Notes: generated from the sequence alone by a model not told the origin. 52,146 nucleotides of DNA from Microcoleaceae cyanobacterium (GCA_051652765.1 JBOFUV010000065.1:1-52146); one strand, 5' to 3'; counted from the first letter of the stretch, positions 18,699 through 29,942 are shown. A program made the numbers and translations.

Positions 18699-20378
18699 TT
18701 AGTTCTCTAGCAAAGCCACTCCAACAGCAAGAGCAGCAACACTGGCGAGCAACGGAGTCAGCCAATCTCCCCAATTGACATAGAGAGTTTTACTAGATTG
18801 GCGATAGATCCTCTCTGCATAGATTTTGTAAGTATTCATTTGGGATTTCCAGACTGTTTTGCCGTGAGGATCAACAATGGCAGAATAGCCTGTATTGGTC
18901 GCCCGAACTGTCCATCGATCCGTTTCAATCGCCCGCATCACGTCCTGGGCATGGTGTTGAGCCAGCATTGCCGAAGAATAGTGAGCATTATTCGAGGCCG
19001 TTAATATGAATTCTCCCCCGGACTTTGCTTGTTGACGGAAATGTTCGGCGAAGGCTGAATCATAGCAAATTCCAACAATTCCTTGACCTAAAGGAGTGCT
19101 AAACACTTGACCGGGCTGACCTCGAATTAAGTCTGCTTCTAAGGGGGAAAGACGATTAATCCATCGACCTAAGATCTGTCCAAACGGAATATATTCTCCT
19201 AAAGGAACCAAATGCACTTTGTCATATTGGCTCACGACTAAGCCATCTTGATTAACACTAAATAAACTATTTGTTAATCGGTTTCCCTGCACCCCAAAAC
19301 TGCCCACCCAAGCAATAACTTTTTTTTCTAAAATAGCTTGAAAAAATGAACTGTAGCGGCGGTTCTGGTCTGTCCACAGGAAAGGCAAGGCAGTTTCCGG
19401 GGTTAAAACGGCATCAACTTCTTGATCCGCAAGGGCTTTGTAACCTGTTGTATATCCTTCCAAAGCTTGTTTCCAACCAAGGGAACCCAACTTAATTTCA
19501 TTTGGAATATTCCCTTGAATGATACCAACTTTAAAGCCTTGGGCTGGGTTCAGATTTAGCGGTTGATGATAGAGAAAAAAACCGAGGCCATGAATGATTA
19601 AAAAAAGCCCCAACGGCATCAAAAGTAGAAGCAAGCTTTGCTTTTGATTTTGCACTTTTCTCATCCAAACTTCTGCAATCAAACCATTAATTGCAACAAT
19701 GGCTGCCGTAATTGTACTAGGCCCTGAAAGTTGCCCCAAATGCAAAATTACTAAATTTCCAAAACTCTGGGTATAAGAGAGGGATGACCACCACAATGGC
19801 GTTAAACTCCAAAGCCATTCTAAACCACACCAAAGAGCAGTTCCAACTAGAACTCGAAGCAAAATTGAATCAGAAACACTCTTTTTTTGTTCAATCTTTT
19901 TTTGCGTAACACTTTGTGAAAAAGATAAAGGAGAAGCGTCAGCTAAAACCAGGGTAAAAATTTGGGTAAAGCTCCAAGCCCAGGCAACTCCTAAACCAGT
20001 CCCCCAAGCTATCAGAAATCCCCAACAAAAAATGGCAATCAACACACTGGCGAGCCAGGGAACCCCTAGCCAAGTCATCGGGTGAATTCCTGTGATCCAA
20101 AATAAGGCTAACCCGTGGTATCCAACACTCCAGGCGATCGCATCAGCCCAGTTCAACGGTTGTGGATATTGAAACTGAGACTGGGTTACCAAGATCCAGA
20201 GCGGCACAAGTGCTACCCAAGCCAACGGCCAAATCCCCCAAGGTTCGGCAGAGAATCCCATCATGAGACCTCCCAGGAAGCTGAATAGGAGATAGTTCTT
20301 ACACACGGCAGCAAGCGGTTTAGGAACAGGGTTTGTTAGGAGGCCATTGCTCGAGAACGGAGTCAACAGCTTGGGCAA
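18699..20378 (-). CDS. lnt: Apolipoprotein N-acyltransferase (true start probably downstream of 20378)
   Basis: Multi-TM N-terminal half; QGNI, PETA, YDKVHLVPLGEYIP, ICYDS, RAIE and RATNTGYS. Confidence 0.93.
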   Translation of the reverse strand: MPKLLTPFSSNGLLTNPVPKPLAAVCKNYLLFSFLGGLMMGFSAEPWGIWPLAWVALVPLWILVTQSQFQYPQPLNWADAIAWSVGYHGLALFWITGIHPMTWLGVPWLASVLIAIFCWGFLIAWGTGLGVAWAWSFTQIFTLVLADASPLSFSQSVTQKKIEQKKSVSDSILLRVLVGTALWCGLEWLWSLTPLWWSSLSYTQSFGNLVILHLGQLSGPSTITAAIVAINGLIAEVWMRKVQNQKQSLLLLLMPLGLFLIIHGLGFFLYHQPLNLNPAQGFKVGIIQGNIPNEIKLGSLGWKQALEGYTTGYKALADQEVDAVLTPETALPFLWTDQNRRYSSFFQAILEKKVIAWVGSFGVQGNRLTNSLFSVNQDGLVVSQYDKVHLVPLGEYIPFGQILGRWINRLSPLEADLIRGQPGQVFSTPLGQGIVGICYDSAFAEHFRQQAKSGGEFILTASNNAHYSSAMLAQHHAQDVMRAIETDRWTVRATNTGYSAIVDPHGKTVWKSQMNTYKIYAERIYRQSSKTLYVNWGDWLTPLLASVAALAVGVALLEN

Positions 20379-20742
20379 CTCGAAAATCTAAAGGGGTTAA
20401 CCCTCCAGCATCGTGAGTCGTCAACGTGACAGTGACGGTGTTGTAGGAAATCATCAGGTCAGGATGATGACCTAACCGTTCCACAGGTTCAACTAAGCAC
20501 TGCACAAAGTTGACTGACTCGATAAAGGTTTGAAACTGATGAGTGTAGACAATCGTTTGCCCTTGTTGCTGCCAGCGGGGCAGCATTTGCAACTGTTGCG
20601 TGATTTCTACAGCACTCAACCTCTGGGTACTTTCAGCGCTGAGATCTTGAGTTGAACGTGTAAGGGAAGACAAAGGAAACCCGAAAGATTCTCCCGCCCA
20701 AGAGTTGAACCCGAAGATCGCCAACAGTAGAGAAATATCCAT
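20320..20742 (-). CDS. Pterin-4a-carbinolamine dehydratase family protein with N-terminal extension
   Basis: HHPDL...YNTV...LTTHDAGGLT.LD signature. Confidence 0.88.
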   Translation of the reverse strand: MDISLLLAIFGFNSWAGESFGFPLSSLTRSTQDLSAESTQRLSAVEITQQLQMLPRWQQQGQTIVYTHQFQTFIESVNFVQCLVEPVERLGHHPDLMISYNTVTVTLTTHDAGGLTPLDFRVAQAVDSVLEQWPPNKPCS

Positions 20743-20782
20743 AATTTTGGTCTTGCACCCGATGGTCTACACTGTTGACCGA

Positions 20783-23509
20783 TTATTCTTCTTCTGCCAA
20801 GGGCTCTTGAGCAGACTCAAAATCAGATTCCAACTCAGAATCTGACTCAGATTCCAACTCAGATTCTATCTCATCAGAAGCGGGAACAATCGCAACCGCA
20901 GCGATCGCATCTTCTTCATCAAGGCGTTGAACTCTGACTCCTGTGGCACTTCGGGACTGGGTAGGAATCGCGTTAATCACTTGACGAATAATAATACCTC
21001 GACTAGTAATCAGCATCAACTCATCAGATTCATGGACAATTTGTAAGCCTACAACTTTATCTTTCTTCGCCAGATGGGACTTGAATTTAGTTGACATAAT
21101 TCCTTTCCCAGCTCGATTTTGCAGACGGAATTGAGCAACGGGAACTCGCTTGCCATAGCCTCCTGATGTAATCACTAAAACGGAAATTTCAGGGTTACTC
21201 TCCGTCAAGATTTCCTCCGGTTCTCCCTCAAAATTCTCCTCCAAATGATCTAGGGCTTCTTCAAGTTCTGGCTCCAGATCTACTGTTTCTTCCTCATCCC
21301 CGATGATTTCAAGATCGCTATCAGCATCCAGGGGTTCTTCACTCAATTGAGCAATGTGAGAAACAATAGAACTCGGGAGAATATCCATACTAATGAGTTC
21401 ATCTCCCTTCACTAATTTCATTGCCCTGACACCTCGAGTAGCTCGACCGAGAGGACGGAGTTGCTTGTGATCCGTCCTGAAGTGAATCGCCATACCTCTG
21501 CGAGACCCAATAATAATACTATCATCAACTTTCGCCAGTCTGACCCAGCGGAGTTCGTCTCCTTCGTTCAGAGAAATTGCAATCAATCCATTCGTCCGAA
21601 TATTACTAAACGCAGACAATTGTGTTTTCTTGATGTAGCCACCTTTGGTCAGCATGACTAAATAGTTGTCATCACTAAATTCACTCACGGCCACCACTGA
21701 AGTAATCCGTTCTGCCTTTGGAATTGGCAACATTTGTACGACAGGAATCCCCCGTGCAGCACGGGAGGCAACCGGAACTTGATAGGCTTTTAAACTATAA
21801 ACAACTCCCCGGTCACTGAAGAATAAGATACTGTCATGATCACAACAACTCAGGAAGTGATCAATGCCATCATCCTCCTTCATTTTCGTGCCAGATTTCC
21901 CACGGGTTGCCCGACTTTGAGCATCAAACGTGTTAACAGGCATTCGCTTAATATAGCCTTGCTCTGTTAACAGAATGACCACCTGTTCATTGGCAATCAG
22001 ATCAATGTCATCAAGTTCCCCTTCTCCATGTTCAATTACAGTTCTGCGGGGAGTATTAAACTTCTCCTTGAGTTCTAAAGCTTCGGTTTCAACAATTTCA
22101 AGTATCCGTTCGCGGCGGGCCAAAATATCTTTCAAATCTGTAATTTTGATCAGCAATTCTTCATGCTCTGCGATGATCTTATTAGCTTCTAAAGCCGTCA
22201 AACGCCGGAGTTGCATTTGTAAAATAGCATCGGCCTGAATCTCTGAAAGGGAAAACCGATCCATCAGTTGCTGTTTAGCAGTGGGTGTATCAGCAGCACT
22301 CCGAATTAAGGCAATAATCTCATCTAGATTATCCAGGGCAATCAATAGTCCCTGAAGAATATGATCCCGCTCTTCCGCTTTTTTTAGCTCATATTCAGTC
22401 CGGCGTCGAACCGTTTCAACCCGAAATTCCAGGAAAACAGTTAGATAACTTTTAAGGGTGAGTCGTTCTGGCCTGTTATTGACGATGGCCAACATATTTG
22501 CGCCAAAATTATTTTGGAGCGGCGTTTGCTTGTAGAGATTATTGAGGACAACTCGGGGGTAAGCATCCCGTCTCAACTCAACCACAACTCTCATCCCATC
22601 GCGATCGCTTTCATCCCGAATATCAGAAATCCCATCAATTTTTTTATCGTTGACCAACTCAGCAATTTTTTCGACTAGGGCTGCTTTGTTGGTTTGATAG
22701 GGCAACTGGGTGATGATAATTGCTTCTCGATCCGGACGACCCGACTGTTCCAGGGTTTCAATCTGAGCTACCCCTCTCATGGTGATGGAACCCTGGCTAC
22801 TTAAGTAAGCATCTCGAATCCCAGATCGCCCCAAAATCCGACCCCCAGTGGGAAAATCTGGCCCTGGAATATACTTCATTAGATCAGTATCATTCAGGTC
22901 AGGGTTATAAATCAGGGCCACAAGTCCATCGACCAACTCTCCCAGATTATGGGGGGGGATATTGGTGGCCATTCCTACGGCAATTCCAGAGGAGCCATTC
23001 AGAAAGAGTTGGGGAATGCGAGCAGGCAACACTAAAGGCTCTTGCTGAGAGCCATCAAAGTTGTCGCCAAAGTCAACAGTTTCTGCATCAATGTCTTGGA
23101 GCAACGCATCACAGGTGAGGGCCTGTAGGCGGCATTCTGTATATCGCATAGCCGCTGGGGGATCGTTATCGATGGAACCGAAGTTGCCATGACCATCAAC
23201 TAGGGGAAACCGCATCGAAAAGTTTTGGGCCATCCGCACTAAAGCGTCATAAACGGAGCCATCCCCATGGGGATGATACTTACCCAACACTTCCCCCACA
23301 ACACGGGCGCATTTCCGAAATGGCCGATCCGGGCTCATGCCTAGCTCGTTCATGGCATGAAGGATGCGACGATGCACTGGCTTAAACCCATCCCTTGCAT
23401 CTGGCAAGGCCCGACCTACAATAACGCTCATGGCGTATTCTAGATAGGACTGCTCCATTTCGTTCCGCAAGTCAGTGGGAATAATCTGTTGGGGGTCAGA
23501 AGAGGTCAT
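20783..23509 (-). CDS. gyrA: DNA gyrase subunit A
   Basis: [28 protein letters not shown], GyrA-box QSRATRG, beta-pinwheel repeats and acidic tail. Confidence 0.97.
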   Translation of the reverse strand: MTSSDPQQIIPTDLRNEMEQSYLEYAMSVIVGRALPDARDGFKPVHRRILHAMNELGMSPDRPFRKCARVVGEVLGKYHPHGDGSVYDALVRMAQNFSMRFPLVDGHGNFGSIDNDPPAAMRYTECRLQALTCDALLQDIDAETVDFGDNFDGSQQEPLVLPARIPQLFLNGSSGIAVGMATNIPPHNLGELVDGLVALIYNPDLNDTDLMKYIPGPDFPTGGRILGRSGIRDAYLSSQGSITMRGVAQIETLEQSGRPDREAIIITQLPYQTNKAALVEKIAELVNDKKIDGISDIRDESDRDGMRVVVELRRDAYPRVVLNNLYKQTPLQNNFGANMLAIVNNRPERLTLKSYLTVFLEFRVETVRRRTEYELKKAEERDHILQGLLIALDNLDEIIALIRSAADTPTAKQQLMDRFSLSEIQADAILQMQLRRLTALEANKIIAEHEELLIKITDLKDILARRERILEIVETEALELKEKFNTPRRTVIEHGEGELDDIDLIANEQVVILLTEQGYIKRMPVNTFDAQSRATRGKSGTKMKEDDGIDHFLSCCDHDSILFFSDRGVVYSLKAYQVPVASRAARGIPVVQMLPIPKAERITSVVAVSEFSDDNYLVMLTKGGYIKKTQLSAFSNIRTNGLIAISLNEGDELRWVRLAKVDDSIIIGSRRGMAIHFRTDHKQLRPLGRATRGVRAMKLVKGDELISMDILPSSIVSHIAQLSEEPLDADSDLEIIGDEEETVDLEPELEEALDHLEENFEGEPEEILTESNPEISVLVITSGGYGKRVPVAQFRLQNRAGKGIMSTKFKSHLAKKDKVVGLQIVHESDELMLITSRGIIIRQVINAIPTQSRSATGVRVQRLDEEDAIAAVAIVPASDEIESELESESDSELESDFESAQEPLAEEE

Positions 23510-23810
23510 AAACTACGCAACTCCGTATGAATTCTGATCTCGATTTTTTAATCTCGATTCTTTGCAGCCTGAAACGCTTAGATAAAGTGATTCTAACAAG
23601 ATCCTAAAATCCAGCCGCTTTCTAACTTTATTTGAGTCATAATCTAGTAATTATAACACAGTCAAGAGAGATTAGATTTGATCTAAATCAGATCCAAATG
23701 TAGGCTCAATCTCTAATCAAATTAAATCTAATTTAAATCTAAATCTAAATTGAATTTGCCTTATTGAATTTGCCTTGAGAGTACAACGAGAACCCATCCT
23801 TAAACTAATC

Positions 23811-24740
23811 ATGATAACTGTTATTTATTCTGAGGAATTTTTACAACATAAAACAGGATTACTACATCCTGAAAGACCAGAACGATTAACGGCAATTGTC
23901 AATACCTTAAAAGCAACATCTTGGGCAAATCAGTTGACCTGGAAACTGCCAACATCCCTAGAGATCTCTCAGGACAAAGTGATGCTTGAACTTGCAGGGA
24001 TTCATACGCAGACCCACATCAATCGGGTGAAACAGATTGCAGCAAATGGTGGAGGATACTTAGATGGTGACACCCCCCTTTCGGCGGCAAGTTATCAGGT
24101 TGCTTTGTTAACAATTGGGGCTTGGTTGGATGGGGTGGATCACGTCACTGACACACAGCAACCTGCCTTTGTTTTGGCCCGTCCCCCTGGACATCATGCT
24201 GAGGCCAATCGGGGCATGGGGTTCTGCTTGTTTTCGAACGCTGCGATCGCCGCCCACTATGCTCTAAAGCAACCTGGAATCAAGCGCGTTGCCATTTTGG
24301 ATTGGGATGTGCATCATGGGAATGGCACCCAGGCTATTGTTGAAAACAATTTTAATTTAGCTTACTGTTCTCTACATCAATCCCCTTGTTATCCCGACAC
24401 CGGGTATGCCAACGAACAGGGCAAATGCAATAATGTCTTGAACATTCCCATGGCTCCAGGGAGTACAATGGCCTGCTACCGACCTGCCTTTGAACAACAA
24501 GTGATGCCCTTCCTAAAAAAATTTCAACCCGACTTGCTGATTGTCAGTGCAGGATATGACGCAAACCAGGATGACCCTTTGGCGGAAATCTCCCTGCTGC
24601 CTGAAGATTACGGACAATTGACTCATTATTGTCTGCAATTGACCCCTAAAATTTTATTCGGGCTCGAAGGCGGTTATGATTTGCCTAGTTTAGCCAAATC
24701 TGTTGTTGCCACCCTCGAACAGTGTCTAGCAGTCCCTTGA
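23811..24740 (+). CDS. Histone deacetylase family (Zn-dependent deacylase)
   Basis: HPERPERL, RPPGHHA, GFC.F.NAA, DWDVHHGNGTQ, SAGYD and LEGGY; likely ATG 23811. Confidence 0.93.
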   Translation: MITVIYSEEFLQHKTGLLHPERPERLTAIVNTLKATSWANQLTWKLPTSLEISQDKVMLELAGIHTQTHINRVKQIAANGGGYLDGDTPLSAASYQVALLTIGAWLDGVDHVTDTQQPAFVLARPPGHHAEANRGMGFCLFSNAAIAAHYALKQPGIKRVAILDWDVHHGNGTQAIVENNFNLAYCSLHQSPCYPDTGYANEQGKCNNVLNIPMAPGSTMACYRPAFEQQVMPFLKKFQPDLLIVSAGYDANQDDPLAEISLLPEDYGQLTHYCLQLTPKILFGLEGGYDLPSLAKSVVATLEQCLAVP

Positions 24741-24789
24741 GAACCCTTTCTAGGCAAGAATCACCGCATTTAAACAGCAGGATGTTAAA

Positions 24790-25680
24790 TTGACAGGGAT
24801 AGGGATATTGATTAGTGACCTTCATCCAGTGCTAGTTCGCGCAAAAACCATTCCAACTTGGGCGCTCATGTCTCTGGTCAGCAATGGATTGTTAATCCCA
24901 CTCGTTGTTTTGCTGATGCTCCGGGGAGAGCCCCTACCGGAGGAGGCACAAGCAAATGCTTCCATGGGTTTTGTGCCTGAGAATCAGTCTTTAAGCTTGA
25001 CTGGAGTTGCCAAAACTGCTGTGGAGACGGGCCCACGCCATCGCTGGACTTATGAACAGTGGGTTGATCAACTGAGGCGAGAAGCCCAAGCGATCGCAGC
25101 TCAGCGTCCAGAAAATTTGGTAGTGCTAGCTGGGGATTCTTTGAGCCTGTGGTTTCCTCCAGAATTGCTGCCGTTTAATCACACTTGGCTCAATCAGGGA
25201 ATTTCTGGGGAGACTTCGGCAGGGCTACTCAAGCGCCTTAAGCTTCTAGATCCAGCCCAACCTGATGTCATTTTCATTATGATTGGGGTGAACGACTTGA
25301 TTCGGGGGACGCAAGATCAAACGATCTTGGCCAATTACCAAGAAATTATTCAAGATCTGCGCTGGACTCATCCCAAGGCAAAAATAGTGGTTCAGTCGAT
25401 TTTGCCCCATGGCGGAGAAGCGGCAACCTGGGAAGGACGCGATCGCCTCTTGCAGATTTCCAACAATCGGATTCGCAGCCTGAACCATAAATTGGAACGG
25501 ATTGCGGGGAAAGAGGGCACTCTTTACTTGGATCTGTATCCCTTATTTGCAGATCAACGAGGCAATCTCCGATCTGAACTCAGTACGGATGGTTTGCACC
25601 TGAATGATTCGGGTTACTTAGTCTGGAGCACAAGTTTGCAACTATTTCATCAAGTTCATCAAGTTAAACTGAATCATTAA
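24790..25680 (+). CDS. SGNH/GDSL hydrolase family protein
   Basis: GDSLS, NQGISG, IGVND and DGLHLN; N-terminal TM. Start codon uncertain. Confidence 0.9.
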   Translation: MTGIGILISDLHPVLVRAKTIPTWALMSLVSNGLLIPLVVLLMLRGEPLPEEAQANASMGFVPENQSLSLTGVAKTAVETGPRHRWTYEQWVDQLRREAQAIAAQRPENLVVLAGDSLSLWFPPELLPFNHTWLNQGISGETSAGLLKRLKLLDPAQPDVIFIMIGVNDLIRGTQDQTILANYQEIIQDLRWTHPKAKIVVQSILPHGGEAATWEGRDRLLQISNNRIRSLNHKLERIAGKEGTLYLDLYPLFADQRGNLRSELSTDGLHLNDSGYLVWSTSLQLFHQVHQVKLNH

Positions 25681-25687
25681 ACGGAGC

Positions 25688-26755
25688 CTATTTCTGCTCT
25701 GGGTGGGCCGCTTCAGGAGCAGAAGCTCCCATTTGATTAATGATCCCAATCATCTGATAGAGGCGGCCAATATCCCGTTGATTGAAATGTAAGACCAATC
25801 GCGGCAAGTTTTCAGTCTCGTCCCCAGATTCTTCGGGTAAAACCTGGCTCTTTTCAATCCGTCCCTGCACCAAAATATCTTGGAACAGCTCATTCAACTG
25901 CTCAACATTTGCCTCAGTTAGTTCAGACTTGAGACGCATGACAAACTGACCTTTGACATAGCGACTGGAATGATAGATGCGATAAAAGCTCTCAATCACA
26001 TCACAGGCAACGGCAGTATCGTCTGTAATCGTATAAATACTGGGGTCTTCAGGAGAAATTAAGCCTCGGCGCAGTAACTGCCTCTCCACGAAAATATTCC
26101 AGTCATGCCAATAGTCTCCTCCTGGCTTATCGATCAGCACAAGGGGGGCGGGGCCAAATTTTCCCGTTTGAACCAGGGTCAAACATTCAAAGGTCTCATC
26201 TAAAGTCCCAAAACCCCCAGGAAACATCGCCAGAGCGTCACTCTCCCGCAAAAAAAACAACTTGCGGGTAAAGAAATATTTAAAGTTGATCAGTTTATGA
26301 TCTCCTTCAATATAAGGATTAGAAGATTGTTCAAAGGGAAGTTGGATATTCAGACCAAAAGAATGCTTGGCTCCTGCGCCTTCATTCCCTGCCTGCATGA
26401 TCCCTCCCCCTGCCCCCGTCAACACCATGAATCCACGCTGGCTGACACACCGGGCAAAGTTTGCCGCCATCTGATATTCTCCTGCTTCTGGGAGAGTTCT
26501 GGCTGAGCCAAAAATGCAGATTTTGCGAACGTGGCGATAGGGGTGAAACACCTGAAAGCCCTGCTCCATATCAAATAAAGCAGCAGACAGAATCTTCCAG
26601 TCCAAGGTCTCAAGGTCTGCCGATGCCATTCGGAGCAAGCTTGCCAGCGATCGCATGATCCACTTTTCGTGCCTCAACTTGGGCAATCGATGCATGAGCT
26701 GAATCAACTGGGATTGTAGGGAGACAATCGTATGCTCTACGTCCAAAGAACCCAT
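25688..26755 (-). CDS. LOG family (nucleotide monophosphate phosphoribohydrolase-like) protein
   Basis: FGSAR, TGAGGGIMQA, FKYFFTRK and PGGFGTLDE. Confidence 0.9.
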   Translation of the reverse strand: MGSLDVEHTIVSLQSQLIQLMHRLPKLRHEKWIMRSLASLLRMASADLETLDWKILSAALFDMEQGFQVFHPYRHVRKICIFGSARTLPEAGEYQMAANFARCVSQRGFMVLTGAGGGIMQAGNEGAGAKHSFGLNIQLPFEQSSNPYIEGDHKLINFKYFFTRKLFFLRESDALAMFPGGFGTLDETFECLTLVQTGKFGPAPLVLIDKPGGDYWHDWNIFVERQLLRRGLISPEDPSIYTITDDTAVACDVIESFYRIYHSSRYVKGQFVMRLKSELTEANVEQLNELFQDILVQGRIEKSQVLPEESGDETENLPRLVLHFNQRDIGRLYQMIGIINQMGASAPEAAHPEQK

Positions 26756-26921
26756 AAACTTTTAAGAGAAACACAATAGCGCGCCTTTGGTCTCAAATCC
26801 CAAGACGCGACATTCAGAATACCTAACCTTGAGAATACCCGACACTGGGAAAAGTATGACCTAGAACCCTCTGCCTCAGATTCCAACAACGCTTGGGCGC
26901 TTGATTCTTGGCAGAAGCTCA

Positions 26922-27245
26922 CTAGAGATACTTCTCTAAGGTGTTGGCCAAGGTACTTTTAGGAACTGCCCCGACGACCATATCAACCCGTTGACCCCCT
27001 TTGAAGATCATTAGCGTTGGAATACTACGAATCCCATATTGGCTGGCAACATTCGGGTTTTCATCGGTATTGAGCTTCACAACTTTGAGTTTCCCGTCGT
27101 ACTGCTGGGCAATCTCATCGACGACTGGTGCAACCATTCGACAGGGGCCACACCAAGGAGCCCAAAAATCGACTAGAACTGGAAGTTCACTGTCCAGTAC
27201 ATCTTGCTTAAAGCTCGCATCTGTTACTGCTGTGGCTGCTGACAT
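26922..27245 (-). CDS. trxA: Thioredoxin (m-type)
   Basis: [13 protein letters not shown] and GIRSIPTL; likely ATG 27245. Confidence 0.96.
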   Translation of the reverse strand: MSAATAVTDASFKQDVLDSELPVLVDFWAPWCGPCRMVAPVVDEIAQQYDGKLKVVKLNTDENPNVASQYGIRSIPTLMIFKGGQRVDMVVGAVPKSTLANTLEKYL

Positions 27246-27619
27246 GCTTTGCAATCCTTATTACGTATCGTACGGTCATAACATAGTTTACGCAGAGACG
27301 AACCAATTGACTACCCCTAGAAAGGCTGACTCCTGATTTGACCTAAGGAGACTGCCAGAACCTCTGGGAGATCGAAAGGGCCTTACCTAAAACCTTAACT
27401 GTATTACGACTCGAATCCTTTTCTTAATTTTATCCAGACTGAGGGAATTTTTAGCTGTATAGATCTCCTGAGGAAACAAAATTTAAGAACAAAATTTAAG
27501 GGAAAGTTGAAGGGTGAGTCTGGAACCTCTTCTCCAAGGATCTGGTCTTTAGTACTGGGATCTACTTCGATATTCGGCGTTACTGAATGTGGGGATGGAT
27601 CTGTCTGAGTTGCAAGTTT

Positions 27620-27665
27620 CCTCGCCCCCTAAATCCCCCAAGCTTGGGGGATTTAGGGGGCGAGG
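27620..27665. repeat. Perfect 46-bp palindrome CCTCGCCCCCTAAATCCCCCAAG|CTTGGGGGATTTAGGGGGCGAGG
   Basis: The 23-bp arms are exact reverse complements with no loop; resembles dispersed cyanobacterial CCCCCTAAATCCCCC repeats. Confidence 0.9.
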
Positions 27666-27778
27666 GGGCGAATTCATCCTGATATTCTTGTAACGGCGCA
27701 GGTAAAGGTGCAGGTTGGGCCTCATTAAATCAGGCTCTCCGAACCCCAGCCCAGTCACAACCCTCCAGAGTTGGCAAT

Positions 27779-27847
27779 AAGAAACCGCCCGAACAATGTC
27801 CAGGCGGAGTGTGGTGTGAGGAGTGAACGGAAACATACGTCTCCGCT
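27779..27847 (-). ncRNA. yfr1: Yfr1 small RNA
   Basis: 5' hairpin GCGGAGAC-GTAT-GTTTCCGT, conserved ACTCCTCACAC motif (27824-27814), terminator hairpin CCGCCTGGAC...GTTCGGGCGG-TTTCTT, -10-like CACAAT at 27860-27855, and typical location upstream of trxA. Confidence 0.9.
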
Positions 27848-28137
27848 ATTTACTATTGTGGCATCTCCTTTAGAATCTTTCCATAGAGAACCCTAATTTT
27901 TACGACAAATTTACAAGTTTTGTCAAGGGAGCCATGATGATCATTTCTAATCTTTAGCTATTCTCGACCCGTTAGCCATTCTCAACCCGATCCGGTGAAT
28001 TGCGGGGGAACCTTGGCTACGGCTGACTAGATTTTGTGGTCGAGATTGACCTTGGGATGCAATAATACTCTCAGCGTGCTGCTAAAGTTGCACGGCTAGT
28101 TGAAGTTTAAATGTTAACTCACGTCAGAAAGGGAATC

Positions 28138-28353
28138 ATGTTGATTACTCTGGGTACATATTTGGCACTAGCAGGGGCCTACTTGTTGGTTATTCCAGCG
28201 GCACTCTACGCCTACATGAATAGTCGTTGGTATGTTGCCAGTTCTGTAGAACGGGCCCTTATGTACTTCATGGTGTTTTTCTTTCTTCCTGGCTTGATTT
28301 TACTAGCTCCTGTTTTGAACTTCCGTCCTCAACCTCGCAAGATCGAGGGCTAA
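28138..28353 (+). CDS. ndhL: NAD(P)H-quinone oxidoreductase subunit L
   Basis: [31 protein letters not shown]; in the conserved ndhL-DUF3007-trpA order. Confidence 0.93.
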   Translation: MLITLGTYLALAGAYLLVIPAALYAYMNSRWYVASSVERALMYFMVFFFLPGLILLAPVLNFRPQPRKIEG

Positions 28354-28688
28354 TGCGACGAATTGATGTGATTGGCATTGGCTTGGGTATTTTTGCATCT
28401 GGGGGAATTCTCTACCTAGGATTGGAAAAGTTTGGTTTAGACAGCACAAAGGCAGGAATTTGGAGTCAGGCGATTCTAGTCGGAGGGCTGGTTTTGGGCT
28501 GGTTGGCAAGTTATCTGGTTCGAGCTGGAACCCACACCATGACCTACAACCAACAGCTTCAGGACTATGAGGAAGCAGTTCTGCAAAAGCGACTGGAAGA
28601 ACTGACCCCAGAAGAGCTAGCAAAACTTGAAGCTGAAGTTGATCAAGAAAAGCGTCAACAGTCTTCTATTGCGGCCAAGAATGACTAA
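28353..28688 (+). CDS. DUF3007 family protein
   Basis: Starts [10 protein letters not shown] at ATG overlapping the ndhL stop; AGIWSQ, MTYNQQL.DYE and [13 protein letters not shown]. Confidence 0.85.
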   Translation: MRRIDVIGIGLGIFASGGILYLGLEKFGLDSTKAGIWSQAILVGGLVLGWLASYLVRAGTHTMTYNQQLQDYEEAVLQKRLEELTPEELAKLEAEVDQEKRQQSSIAAKND

Positions 28689-29511
28689 CAAGAGCATGAT
28701 TTCTGTCTCCCAACGTTTTGAGTCCTTGCGCTCTTCAGGCTCCCAACACGCAAGGTCTCAATGTGCCCTGATTCCTTTCATTACAGCGGGCGATCCGAAT
28801 CTGGAAATAACAGCCAAAGCATTACAACTCTTGGATCAAGCTGGCGCGGACTTGATTGAATTGGGTGTTCCCTATTCTGATCCGTTAGCAGATGGGCCTG
28901 TGATTCAAGCTGCGGCAACACGGGCTTTGCAGCGCGGCACTAGTCTTGACCAAGTATTGAACATGCTCAGAACGGTCAGCCCAACTCTGCGCGCCCCTGT
29001 TATTTTGTTCACTTACTACAATCCCATTCTGAGCCGGGGGGTTCAGACGTTTTTAGAACAAATTTATAGCGCTGGAGCACGGGGCTTAGTCATCCCTGAT
29101 TTGCCCCTGGAAGAAGCTGGACTGGTCTTGCAAACAGCCAAGGAAGTTGGGATTGAACTGACGTTACTGGTTGCTCCCACTAGCCCTCCTGAACGGATTG
29201 TCGAAATTGTTCAGCAATCTCAAGGTTTCATCTACTTGGTTAGTGTCACTGGAGTAACTGGGATGCGAACCCAGATTCAGGATCGGGTACAAACTCTGCT
29301 AGAACAACTGCGATCGCTCACAGATAAACCCATTGGCGTTGGCTTTGGGATTTCCCAGCCTGAACAAGCAAAACAGGTGCGAGGGTGGGGAGCCGATGCT
29401 GTGATTGTCGGCAGTGCGTTTGTCAAACGCTTGGTGGAAGGAACTCCAGAGCAGGGTTTAGCACAAGTTACTCAGTTCTGCCAGAGCTTGAAAGCAGCAA
29501 TTTCTGATTAA
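28681..29511 (+). CDS. trpA: Tryptophan synthase alpha subunit
   Basis: [40 protein letters not shown] and IVGSA. Confidence 0.96.
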   Translation: MTNKSMISVSQRFESLRSSGSQHARSQCALIPFITAGDPNLEITAKALQLLDQAGADLIELGVPYSDPLADGPVIQAAATRALQRGTSLDQVLNMLRTVSPTLRAPVILFTYYNPILSRGVQTFLEQIYSAGARGLVIPDLPLEEAGLVLQTAKEVGIELTLLVAPTSPPERIVEIVQQSQGFIYLVSVTGVTGMRTQIQDRVQTLLEQLRSLTDKPIGVGFGISQPEQAKQVRGWGADAVIVGSAFVKRLVEGTPEQGLAQVTQFCQSLKAAISD

Positions 29512-29942
29512 GCTACAGACGACGGTTTTGCCTAGGACGAAGCAATAGAATGCTTCAACCTGCAGCGGCACATCTACCTCAAATAACAGTTTCTGTTTGA
29601 ACCGTAAGGTTACCTGGTTTATTGCCTCGATCTGACTTCTTGACTCAATCATCTTCTCTTCAACCTTTGTGGCATCAGCCTGATCCAACCGATCAGAGAC
29701 TTGAATCAGAGCAGATTCAGATTCTAAACCAACGGAATTCGCTAATCATTCATTTCTGTGCAATGCCTCCCGTCTCGTTGGAGATCGATTGATCTGGCAA
29801 TTGCTGTAGTCACAATTGCTGTCATCATCATTGCTGGAGGAGGGGGCCAAGGTTGACCACTCGCTTGATTGATGAGACACTAGCACTGATTAGATTACAA
29901 CTGTAATACTCAACCTTAACGTTTATATTTCATAGAGTTGTC

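Noticed and set aside
20783..23509. Intein in GyrA
   Set aside because: [10 protein letters not shown] is contiguous and there are no splicing motifs; the extra length comes from acidic inserts.
27549..27836. 95-aa minus-strand ORF
   Set aside because: It runs through the Yfr1 RNA, its terminator and the palindrome, and has no protein-like features.
27899..27917. HLR1/RpaB-like TTTAC repeat upstream of ndhL
   Set aside because: Period is 11 bp rather than 10 and one half-site is poor.
29458..29688. 76-aa minus-strand ORF downstream of trpA
   Set aside because: TTG start, overlaps the trpA end, and no recognisable motif.
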